A program made the translations under genes and the position numbers. From the NCBI GenBank assembly GCA_965235115.1, contig OZ249442.1, positions 21,576,001 through 21,640,000 on the forward strand: a stretch of 64,000 nt of DNA, given 5' to 3'. The notes under the pieces were generated by a model. It made no database searches and was not told the DNA's origin. It worked only from the letters and a program-made list of their open reading frames with translations. This document shows positions 1-10,724 of the stretch, piece by piece. How positions within the stretch are numbered: position 1 is the stretch's first letter; each line of letters starts with the position of its first letter. The DNA comes from Laetmonice hystrix (Eukaryota).

Positions 1-835
1 CACAGGTTTAAGCTACGACCCTCAACAATGTCAATATAACAATACATGTATCAACAGATTCAGGTCGAGCTGGTCTCATCTGATTCGACTTTGCTCGTCA
101 ACTGATCCAAGGATCACTGCCAATAGACTATGCCAACACTTTCTCTCCAACAAAAAGAAGACATTGAAATTTGCTTTTAAATTTAACTGACATAGAAAAT
201 AAAAGGTTTAACAGAATCAGCCAAATTATTCCCCTGCCTGGCAATCAGGCAAAACAATTGATTGATCCCTTGTAGGAAATAACTAAAATGTCCTATATAG
301 CCAGTTTATGACAGATAAATGTGCCCCATCTTTACTAATTTTTTTTCATTTGTCATTGGCAGATTCCCTTGTGTATTATGAATGCCACCACAACAACTTC
401 CAGCCACCAGCACATGTAGTATGCACATGCACATCATGCTAAAGTACTACAATCCACAATTATTCACCCACTCTGCAAAGCCTCTTAGGGGTTTCCAAAT
501 AACTGCATTTCATAATAAAGCAATGGACCAGCATGACAGGATTTGTGTCGTGAATAAATGTACAAACTTAACCCTAAGAAACTTTGCATTGGTCTAACTG
601 CACAGCTTGAAAATTGAGCAAGGATACATGTTTCTTCACCCCAAAGTCCGACCCGTTTGAAAAAAAACTGCATCAGAGTGACATTTGCCTATATGTAGTT
701 GCTTGAAAGTTTAATATAAAGGTGCTAGCTGTACAGGTAACCCCTCTAGGTAAATAGTTGTGTTAAAATCCATCCTCAATCCAACAGTAGCCTAAAACAT
801 TCTTTTCACTCCACCTAGCACTTGAAGGCACCTAC

Positions 836-3517
836 GTAGGCCTAGCATTCTCGTAGTCATACAAGCTAGTGTCGGTGTCACTGCGTATATCAGCCTCAGG
901 ACCTGTGCTAAACATAGGTCCAAGGAGGCTGGCCGAGAGGACATTCGAGGTCAAGGCTGGATCAATGTCAGGGAGAGTAGGGGGTGGGGGTGGGGAGCGA
1001 GGCACAGCCGTGATGGTTGCAGTTGGCATCAGGGCAGCAGCAATGTGTGTTGGAGACTGAAAGATAATGAGAAACAATAACACTCCTCCAGATCCTTCTC
1101 TTCCCTGGAGTTGACATCATGAAAAATACAAAAAGATTTGCCATAGCAGCAGAATATACTGTTAAAAATATATCCGTCTATAGTTTTATCATTTTAATGT
1201 ACCAGCACATTCAAGTTGCAGCTTTCATGTTTGGGAGTTGGTAAAACTTTTAGTCCTGTACATTTGGTCCATGGGTGTTTGTAAACCTGAGAGGAACTAA
1301 ATCTTCAAAAGTCCAATTTATTCTACTTTAAACACTGCTTGATATACTGACTTTACTCGCACTAACTGTCATCCACCTATATGTTAAAATTCTGTTCTCA
1401 ATTTTGGTACCACTGTCAGACAAACCGTATGGTTGTCTGCATTCAGAACTATGATAGCCATGTTCTACACATTTGTTGACTTGTATCAATTGAATTTGTT
1501 TGTTTGTTCACAATACTGAGGTCATGCAATAATGTAATCCATGTAAAACAAAAGAAAAAAACTGCAGATAGGTTTTTAAGACAAGAATAAAACTCTTAAA
1601 ACTCAGGTTTTGCTGCTAAACATTAATGTACCATAGGCTAGAACCTTAGATATATATCACTGCCACACTTCTTTCACTATGCAGTCTATGGCCATATAAC
1701 TCATACAAAATAACTCACTTCTCCCTCACGATTCTGAAAATATAATCATAAACATAATACTTTTTAATGTAAGCAACAGGGTAATTCGGGCCCTGGAAAC
1801 AAGCGGGAGCCGCTCACTCTCCCTGCCAGACAGGCCCTAGAGACAGAGGGGAGCCCCTTCCCTCCTGCCACAGGCCCTAGAGACATCTATAGGGGGAGCC
1901 CCTCCCTCCTGCCACAGGCCCTGCAGACAGAGGGGGAGCCCCTCCCTCCTGCCACAGGCCCTGCAGACAGAGGGGAGCCCCTCCCTCCTGCCACAGGCCC
2001 TGCAAACAAACAGAGGGGAGCACCTCCCTCCTGCCACAGGCCCTGGAGACAGAGGGGGAGCCCCTCCCTCCTGCCACAGGCCCTGCAGACAGAGGGGGAG
2101 CCCCTCCCTCCTGCCACAGGCCCTGCAGACAGAGGGGGAGCCCCTCCCTCCTGCCACAGGCCCTGCAGACAAAGGAGGAGCCCCTCCCTCCTGCCACAGG
2201 CCCTGCAGACAGAGGGGAGTCCCTCCCTCCTGTCACAGGCCCTGCAGACAGAGGGGTGCCCCTCCTGCCACAGGCCCTGCAGACAGAGGGGAGCCCCTCC
2301 CTCCTGCCACAGGCCCTGCATAAAGAGGAGGAGCCCCTCCCTCCTACCAGACAAGCCTTGGGCCCAATTTTTTGGTCGTCGTCTCAGGCTCAAGCTCATC
2401 TCATCTCATGGTGAGCCTGAGATGATCTCAGTGGAGACGGAGCTCAAATCGGGTTTTTTAGTTGAGATTGAGCTTTGGCTCAGTTGAGACATCGTCTCAG
2501 TCGTGTCACTGGCCGAAAATGGAATAATCGCGACAACACAATAGGTGCAACAATCACCAGTCCATTGTAACGTAACAAAGGTGCCGCTTGGCAAACTCAT
2601 CCACTGGCCTACTTTATCATTCTGCATGCAGCCCTAGTCCAACATGAAAAAGTATGCCTATCAAAGTAAACTATCTTTCCTTTGAATAGGCCTAAAATCG
2701 AGCAGGCAAGAACATCTATATAGGCCTAAATATGCAAGCCAGTAGAAGTGTAGGATTGTCAGTAATGTTTAGCTTGGTTTTAATGAGGTTGAGACGAGGT
2801 ATGAGACAGGGTCGATGCTGTCTCACCAGTGAGACGAAATCTGAGCCAGAGCGTGAGATGAGACACGCCAGACGGGGCTAAAAAAAACAACGGTGAGACT
2901 AAGACGATCTCAGTCTCACAAGCGTGACAAGGTGAGCTTGAGACGAGGTTTTCATCTCAAACCTGACTCAAGCTCAACCAAAAAACCGGGCCCTGGACAC
3001 GGAGCCGGAGGGGGAGCCCAGACTCAGTGCAGACTGCATCAGATTTGGTAGCTTGCTCTTGCCAGCCTCACAACAACCTAGACCCGGTTTCTGTTAGTCT
3101 GTCAGATATCAGACTGAGACTCTGGCTTGTTGGAGTAAACATAATCATGCAGTCATCACTTAGTTATGTCGTTTTCGAACTCCAATTTGTCCTCCACCAG
3201 GCAGTGGAGACACTGGAATTGGAATGCCCCCTCCATGATAATGAAGCTAAGGAATCCCTAGTACAATCCCTTCCACAACTTTCAGAGAACACGCATCAGC
3301 ATGTCTGACTGAAATTGACAGCCAACCTCCTTTCCCCAATTATCGCCCAGTGCAAGGCACAAGGTTGTGGATTTCTCCCTTAGAATCTACATCCACATAG
3401 ATTTAAATAATTACGTCTCAAGGCCAAAGTAATAACAGGACGTCAAGTTCCTAAGATATTACAAACCCCAGTTCCATCTTTGCTTTTCTTTTTCTTCTCC
3501 TTCTTCTTTCCTGGCAT
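836..3517 (-). CDS. 5' part of an unidentified gene (Lys-rich N-terminus, Pro-rich exon 2); continues beyond the left edge
   Basis: Exon 1 3517-3467 reads MPGKKKEKKKKSKDGTG and ends at a phase-0 GTTTGT donor. Exon 2 1056-836 has a strong pyrimidine acceptor (ttctcattatctttcag), is phase 0, reads SPTHIAAALMPTATITAVPRSPPPPPTLPDIDP...SLYDYENARP and ends at a GTAGGT donor. Promoter motifs lie just upstream and the intervening DNA is CpG-poor. No family recognised. Exon 2 could instead be an alternative last exon of DOK (in-frame TAG at 834-832). Confidence 0.5.
1790..2360. repeat. ~40-bp GC-rich minisatellite, about 13-14 copies
   Basis: Tandem unit GGCCCTGCAGACAGAGGGGGAGCCCCTCCCTCCTGCCACA with degenerate ends; a remnant continues at 2993-3020. 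It explains the repetitive ORFs at 1837-2399. Confidence 0.95.
2361..2992. mobile_element. Non-autonomous TIR element (PIF/Harbinger-like MITE)
   Basis: Left end GGCCCAATTTTTTGGTCG, right end CAACCAAAAAACCGGGCC (inverted). Flanks TTG/CTG fit a CWG-type 3-bp TSD with one mismatch. The interior is rich in GAGAC/GTCTC inverted motifs. Confidence 0.65.
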
Positions 3518-3549
3518 TTTCGAAAACGCTCTTCACCAACGTAAACAAA

Positions 3550-3600
3550 CACTTTACGCATGCGCCAGTTGACTTCCGTTCATACCAGCCACAACTCGGT
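3550..3600 (-). promoter_or_regulatory. Housekeeping-type core promoter (NRF1-like and ETS motifs)
   Basis: ACGCATGCGC at 3556-3565 and ACTTCCG at 3572-3578, in a CpG-rich patch 40-60 bp upstream of the ATG at 3517. Confidence 0.55.
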
Positions 3601-4262
3601 AGGACTTTCCCGCGTTCCCTTTCGTGCAATCATGCGTATGCTTTGGGCCGGATAATTGCTGTAGTCAGCTTTTTCCAAGGGAGGGGGGTTGACCTAGGCT
3701 AGATGGAAGTCATCATTTTGTAGTGCTAAGCGTCTGGAACCTTTAAAATACATATAGGCCTAGATTTCTAGCCTAGGCGTAGGAACCGCGGGGAGGCGGC
3801 GCGGGGCGGCCGGGGAAGGGGGGGGGGGGCGTCGCCCCCACCCCCAATATCAAAAGTGGTGGTGGTGGTGGCTGAAGTGTGTTTCAGCGCCCCCCCCCCC
3901 CCAACATTTGGGCACTTTCTTGGTCAATGCGGGTTTCATGCCGATTTTCTATGTAGCCTATCACACATAAAAATGATGGAATTTTGTTGCCTATAGATCT
4001 AGATCTATAGCCTAGGCCTCTAGGCCTATTTGAGAGAGATTTTTGCTATGAGATGCTCAGAAAATGCGTCTCCGGCATTGCTGCAAAAAAAAAATTCTGG
4101 GGGGGGGGCGGACCCCCCGCCAGGGCCCTCCTACGGTGGGCATGGATTATCATCCCCAACCTTCAGCCCCCCCCCCCCAACCAAAAAGAGCCTTCTCTAG
4201 ATACGCCTATATATGTAGATTAGCCCTCACTGTATAGTGTGTAGCAAACTTGCTTGAGTATT

Positions 4263-4510
4263 CAGGCGCGTGTCCAGGATTTTCAGCAGGGGGGTGGGGC
4301 TCAGAAATTTTTTTTTAAATTAGAAGCTCTGAAACACGATTCCCCGCCATTTAGGCTATAGGGGCCATTTTAGGGCATTATATTTTGAAGATTCATCGAT
4401 CAACAGACCTGTTCAAAACGGCGGAAATGCTTAGAAAGAATCTGTGCTCTGTGGGAGCAGGGGGGGTCCGGACCCCCTGAACCCCCCCCCCCCCTCTGGA
4501 CATGCGCCTG
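4263..4510. mobile_element. Short MITE (CAGGCGC..TCCAG family)
   Basis: 15-bp TIR CAGGCGCGTGTCCAG / CTGGACATGCGCCTG (1 mismatch) with internal G-run and C-run. Confidence 0.75.
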
Positions 4511-4663
4511 GTATAGAATAGGGATGCCTCATGTTTCCATGCCTTTACTGTCCAGGAGGCAGGCCATACGTTTCGTCTATCATCTACTCCCATCTAATCT
4601 GCATGTGTCCCCTATACAGACCATCTGTAAAAGCCTCCGACAACGTTGTCAGGTGGTCCCAAT

Positions 4664-5355
4664 ATAACAATAATATGATTTTGCTGGGCGTTGTGCTAAT
4701 TTGAAGCCAGACATTTTTGGTTTGAAGGCTGTCCTTTGGTTTGAAGCCCGAGCGAAGCGAGGGCTTCAAACCAAAGGACAGCCTTCAAACCAAAAATGGA
4801 GGGCTTCAAATGAGGGCACAACGCCCAGCAAAATCATATTATTATATTACCACTGCAGGAAATATCCCCAAAATGCTTTATTTAGTGATTAATTTTCAAA
4901 AATTTGAAAATTAAGTCCGGAACGTCCCCAAGAACCCCTCCTCCTGAAGGGTGGCGGCCGAAGGCAGGTGGGACACGCCGACAGTACTTGGAATCTCACT
5001 CTTTCAGGGCTCGATAACTTGGCATCTCTGTTATTACCACTGCGATTATCCCAGACATCATGATTAAATGAATGTAAACGAACAACTTAGGCCTACATAG
5101 TCCAGGCTCCGTCACTGAGTAAACAACGTCAAATCTTGGACACCCTGCGATAGGTGGGGCGATAGTGGTGTGTTCAATCGCGCCACCTATCGGATGTTCA
5201 AACAACGTGAAAAGGGACGCACTTCAAACGGTCACACACGTGTACGCAGCCTTTAAAAAGGGACGACTTTCAAACGTCGTTTGAAGCCCGCCTCTTTCCA
5301 TTAATGATTGGGGAAAGTGATGTGAACCTCTGGTAACACTGCACATAGTGGTAAT
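4664..5355. mobile_element. Palindrome-rich insertion splitting an 835-bp unit
   Basis: The host unit GTCCCAAT|GGCTG is split. The insert has a ~30-bp inverted repeat (ATATGATTTTGCTGGGCGTTGTGC at ~4673 and its complement at ~4817), a TATTACCAC..GTGGTAATA pair and the hairpin GAAGCCC-GAGCGAAGCGA-GGGCTTC. No transposase ORF seen. Confidence 0.55.
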
Positions 5356-8273
5356 AATGGCTGTTTGCCGTAAAGATTTAATTCACAATGGCAAATGACG
5401 CTGTACGCCTTTTCTAAGATATCCCATCCCCAAGTAACAAAAAGAAAAGACTACAGAGATGTTGCAGGCAAAAAACACTAGGGTGCTGTACTGAAACGGC
5501 TCCTCCGACTGCACTGCCACCTTCCGGCTACCGGTGGAATCGCCACGTATACCTGGCCGGGCTGGCAGGCACCTGTGGCGCTTAGGGGAGAGACAGGTTT
5601 ACGCAATGATAAGCGAAAAATGGCTGCACTTTTGATACGTCAAATTGAAACTACGCCACCAAAATTATGATTCTTAGGCCAGATGTATAACTGTCAAACG
5701 TATAGGTCTCGTACGTTCGCTACAGATAAATGGTTGTGATATGTATACTTCTCATTTGAGCATCTTCTCCAAATTTTAACATTACATGCTGCTCGCCTGT
5801 ACCTTTCATTTCCACTACCTCACTACATATACTGTTTTCATGGCTATTAGGCCAGCCGCTAAGATGTAGCGACTCCCCACTGTACTGGTTGGCCTTCCAT
5901 ACTGCTTGGCCCCCACAGTATACTGTTTGGCCTCACTGTACTATTTGGCCTCACCGTAGTGTTCGCTTGGGTGTTAGGCCAGCGGGTATACCTTGTAGCT
6001 ATTCCTCCCTGTACTGTTTGGCCTCTCTGTACCGTTTGCTTGTATACAACAGTAGTCAGAAGTATAGGGACGCCTCATGTTTCATGTTTCCATGCCTTTA
6101 TTATCCAGGAGGCAGGCCATACGTTTCGTCTGTCATCTACTTCCATGTAATCTGTGTCCCCTACAAACCATCTGTAAGCGTCCGACAACGTTGTCAGGTC
6201 GTCCCAATGGCTGTTTGCCGTAAAGGTTTAATTAACAATGGCAAATGACGCTGTACGCCTTTTCTATATCAGATATCCCATCGCCAAGTGAAAAAAAGAT
6301 CACAGAGATGTTGCAAGTAAACGCCAGGGTGCTGTACTGAAGCGGCGGCTTTGACTGCACTGCCGCCTTCCGGCTAATGGGGGAATCACCGGCCCGGCTG
6401 GCAGGTACCTGTGGTTCTTCGGCGAGAGACAGGTTAATGCAATGATTAGCGAAAAATGGCTATACTTTTTGATACCTCAAATTGAAAGTACCCCCGTAAA
6501 ATTATGATTCTTAGGCCAGATGTATAACTGTCAAACGTATCGGTCTCGTACGTTCGCTACGTTGTGATATGTATACTTCTCATTTGAGCATCTTCTCCAA
6601 ATTTTAACATTACATGCTGCTCGCCTGTACCTTTCATTTCCACTACCTCACTATACTGTTTACATGGCTAGTAGGCCAGCCGCTAAGATGTAGCGACTCC
6701 CCACTGTACTGGTTGGCCTTCCATACTGCTTGGCCCCACAGTATACTGTTTGGCCTCACTGTACTGTTTGGCCTCACTGTAGTGTTCGCTTGGGTGTTAG
6801 GCCAGCGGGTATACCTTGTAGCTATTCCTCCCTGTACTGTTTGGCCTCTCTGTACCGTTTGCTTGTATACAACAGTAGCCAGAAGTATAGGGACGCCTCA
6901 TGTTTCATGTTACCATGCCTTTATTATCCAGGAGACAGGCCATACGTTTCGTCTGTCATCTGCTCCCGTGTAATCCGTGTCCCCTACAGACCATCTGCAG
7001 ATGTAAGCGTCCGACAACGTTGTCAGGTCGTCGCAATGGCTGTTTGCCGTAAAGGTTTAATTAACAATGGCAAATGACGCTGTACGCCTTTTCTATATCA
7101 GATATCCCATCCCCAAGTGAAAAAAAGATCACAGAGATGTTGCAAGCAAACGCCAGGGTGCTGTACTGAAGCGGCGGTTCTGACTGCACTGCCGCCTTCC
7201 GGCTATCGGGGGAATCACTGGCCCGGCTGGCAGGTACCTCTGCCTCTTCGGCGAGAGACAGGTTAATGCAATGATTAGCGAAAAATGGCTACATTTTTGA
7301 TACCTCAAATTGAAAGTACCCCCGTAAAATTATGATTCTTAAGCCAGATGTATAACTGTCAAACGTATCGGTCTCGTACGTTCGCTACAGATAAATGGTT
7401 GTGATGTGTATACTTCTCATTTGAGCATCTTCTCCAAATTTTAACATTATATGCTGCTCGCCTGTACCTTTCATTTCCACTACCTCACTATACTGTTTAC
7501 ATGGCTATTAGGCCAGCCGCTAAGATGTAGTGACTCCAGACTGTACTGGTTGGCCTTCCATACTGCTTGGCCCCACAGTATACTGTTTGGCCTCACTGTA
7601 CTATTTGGCCTGACTGTAGTGTTCGCTTGGGTGTTAGGCCAGCGGGTATACCTTGTAGCTCTTCCTCCCTGTACTGTTTGGCCTCTCTGTACCGTTTGCT
7701 TGTATACAACAGTAGCCAGAAGTATAGGGACGCCTCATGTTTCATGTTTCCATGCCTTTATTATCCAGGAGGCAGGCCATACGTTTCGTCTGTCATCTGC
7801 TCCCGTGTAATCTGTGTCCCCTACAAACCATCTGTAAGCGTCCGACAACGTTGTCAGGTCGTCGCAATGGCTCTTTGCCGTAAAGGTTTAATTAACAATG
7901 GCAAATGACGCTGTACGCCTTTTATACGATATCCCATCCCCAAGTAACAAAAGGAAAAGACTACAGAGATATTGCAGGCAACAAACACCAGGGTGCTGTA
8001 CTGAAGCGGCTCCTCCGACTGCACTGCCACCTTTCGGCTACCGGTGGAATCACCACGTATACCTATCATCCGGGCTGGCAGCCACCTGTGGCGCATAGGG
8101 GAGAGACAGGTTTACGCAATGATAAGCGAAAAATGGCTGCATTTTTGATACGTCAAATTGAAACTACGCCACCAAAATTATGATTCTTAGGCCAGATGTA
8201 TAACTGTCAAACGTATCGGTCTCGTACGTTCGCTACAGATAAATGGTTGTGATATGTACTTCCCATTTGTTAC

Positions 8274-8477
8274 TGCGATCCGGGTTCGATCCCCGGCCAG
8301 GGCCGCATGTGTGAAAGGTTTGTCAGTCAGTTCCTTCCCGAAGCTCGGTGGCTTCCTCCGGGCACTCCGGTTTCCTCCACCAAGAAAAACTGACTTTCAT
8401 CATCATCATCATCATCACCGCCGTGATATGACCCTGGCTGTTGCAAGGCGTAAAACCCCAAATACCCACCCACCCCC
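8274..8477 (+). mobile_element. 5'-truncated tRNA-derived SINE with V-domain-like core
   Basis: B-box GGTTCGATCC at the 5' end and core GGCTTCCTCCGGGCACTCCGGTTTCCTCCACC typical of V-SINEs, with (CAT)n and (ACCC)n simple repeats. Flanked by a perfect 16-bp direct repeat ACTTCCCATTTGTTAC (8258-8273 and 8478-8493). Confidence 0.8.
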
Positions 8478-9356
8478 ACTTCCCATTTGTTACAAATTTT
8501 AACATTTTAATTTAAAATTTTAAAATTTTAACATTACATGCTCCTCGCCTGTACCTTTCATTTCCACTACCTAACTCTACTGTTTGCATGGCTAATAGGC
8601 CAGCCGGTAAGATATTTCAGAATCCCGCTCCTCCAGAATCTCATTTCCCCGTTTGAGGAGGAGGGGGGATAATTATTCACTGCCAAGTTTTCCTGCCAAG
8701 GTTTTGTCCCAGTCTTTAGGCCTATAGGCATAGGCCTATAATAGAGTCTACAATTTTCTTGAGCTGCCCCAGCTATAGCTAGCGGCCTGTGTTACTCACG
8801 AGTGTTCATTAAAACTCTCTTCTGCTGCCTTTGAACTGGGGGGGGGGGAGGCAAAGTATAATGCTGGCCCTCAGCTTCAGACCTGGGGGGGGGGCTGTTT
8901 TTTAAAGTGAAAGATAATACATGTAATAAGATAAAGTCTTCCTCAAAATTGTAAGTTTTTATTTTACAAAAAAAAAGTCTCAGTCGGACGTCCGCGGGTC
9001 TTATACCATTATTACACAATGTATCATTCGATATCCCTGGTGTATGCCTGGATCTATGGTTCTCATTAGAACGTGCACACCGGTGCCACTAAAAGTTACA
9101 TTATGCCCTACTAAAAGTTACATTATGCCCTGATAAAAGTTGCATTATCAGAGCGTAATGCACCTTTAGCGAAAGGGGCCAAATCTAACAAGTGACGCTG
9201 TTTTTAGTTACAGCAATAAGCTAGGCCTATATGTTAAAGTGAAGAGTATATAGGCCTATAATGTCGGCACGCATCGGCCACATAATCTCGGCAATAACAT
9301 AGCTGTCTCGACTTAATTCGCGTAGACTTCTAATCACGTAATTTCCATTTAATAAT

Positions 9357-9912
9357 CCCGTAGCCAGGATATACGAACGGATGGGTCAATTTAGTGGGAA
9401 AGTGGACCTTTTTGAAGAAGTGGACCGTTATTTTAGAAAAAAAAACACATCTTTGTGAGAAAGTATAAACTTACAGTCAGGGCTTCCATTAAAGGACAGG
9501 GTTCGCAGACTCCTGGAAACTCCTGGAAAGTCCTGGAAAATCAAAAATCCGTTTTCCAGTACTGGAAAGTCCTGGAAAACCAGTCAGACTCCTGGAAACT
9601 CCTGGAAAAATCATAAAATGCTTTGGAACAACATAATGCTTGGGTTCAGTTTTGCTCTTTATTGCATTTAAAAATCACTGAAAAGTAATAAGTATTAGAA
9701 CTTAAGTCCTGGAAAACTGCGATGTTATCCTGGAAAACTCCTGGAAAACTCCTGGAATTTTGGTTTCCTCTAACTCTACGAACCATGAAGGAGGTTAAAA
9801 TTAATGCTCTTGACTTCAAGGACAAAAAAAGGGTTTTTGCATACTTTTTTGCACGAAAAAGTGGTCTTCTGTTCAGGGGGTCTTCCGACCTCCCCCTCTG
9901 GCTACGGGCCTG
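9357..9912. mobile_element. Nested MITEs
   Basis: Outer TIR CCCGTAGCCAG (9357) / CTGGCTACGGG (9898-9908). Inner hAT-like element CAGGGTTCG (9497) .. CGAACCATG (9787) contains many TCCTGGAAA repeats. Confidence 0.6.
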
Positions 9913-10724
9913 CATATATTAGGCCCATATGGAGTTCGAACATAATACAGACACATACATGCATGCATGGCGTTAATGGACACAAAGTGACATTATCTGA
10001 ATATCCCATATACGTACATGTATGTATAAACAGTTAGCGTATTACAGCCTACTTCAATGCCTTGGCCATATCATAAGAAACTTATATATTTTGCCCCCAT
10101 GCATTAGTAAAACATGGCGCAAAGATGCATTTTGTAAAGGAAAGACACTTGCTGTGAGATTCTTCTGGAGAGATCTTTGGATGAGTATCTCACTGAATAG
10201 TAACATTAGTTAAAGGTCCTTGCACCAGACGCGATGTTTACTCAAGTTTCCATGTATCGCATAATATAACAATGTACAAGCATAAATTGTGCTATTTTTG
10301 CCTATTATCACAGCTATGACACTTTTACATGTCCTGGTCCTTTTGCACTTCGGAGTTTGAGCATTAATTAACATGCAAATCACAAATATATATTTGGTTT
10401 TATAGCCAACCCTTTGATATATAATAATAAAACGAGTAATAGAAGAACAACTGAACCCAAAATGTTTAACAATTCCTGTTTGTCATTTAGATTATTGTTC
10501 AACAATGCCAACACGACTAAAACAAAATGCCGCGAATGTCTTATCGATATAAAATTGTCTTTAAGTAAATTACCACTAACCCGCTGCGAAAAATATCAAA
10601 ATGCCGAAAGGGATAAAAAAAAACTTGCCATTAATCGGCATTTGATACTTTTAGTATTTTTTTTTACAATGAATCCCTTTAAGTCAACCTGTTTGTGTAC
10701 CCTATCAAAAAAAGAGAGAATTTT

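Larger units (their letters stand above)
4513..8613. repeat. Tandem array of an ~835-bp unit (about 4 copies plus a partial copy), interrupted by two insertions
   Basis: The anchor AATGGCT(G/C)TTTGCCGTAAAG recurs at 5356, 6206, 7035 and 7866 (periods 850, 829, 831). A partial copy lies at 4513-4663. The unit contains 18-bp subrepeats TACTGTTTGGCCTCACTG. The near-identical ORFs at 5889, 6614, 6730, 7451 and 7567 come from this array. Confidence 0.93.

Noticed and set aside
1837-2399. ORFs of 111-170 aa
   Set aside because: Translations of the 40-bp minisatellite that cycle through frames; no domain.
5356-6205. snRNA, 5S, SL RNA or histone gene in the 835-bp unit
   Set aside because: I found no diagnostic sequence of U1, U2, U7, 5S or histones by eye, only a weak Sm-like site. 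Left as an open finding.
5889-8183. Repeated ~115-aa ORFs read as a tandem gene family
   Set aside because: Start and stop positions and frames differ between copies, there are no splice signals or recognisable domain, and they derive from 18-bp subrepeats.
8395-8420. Poly-His or poly-Met ORFs
   Set aside because: (CAT)n microsatellite inside the SINE.
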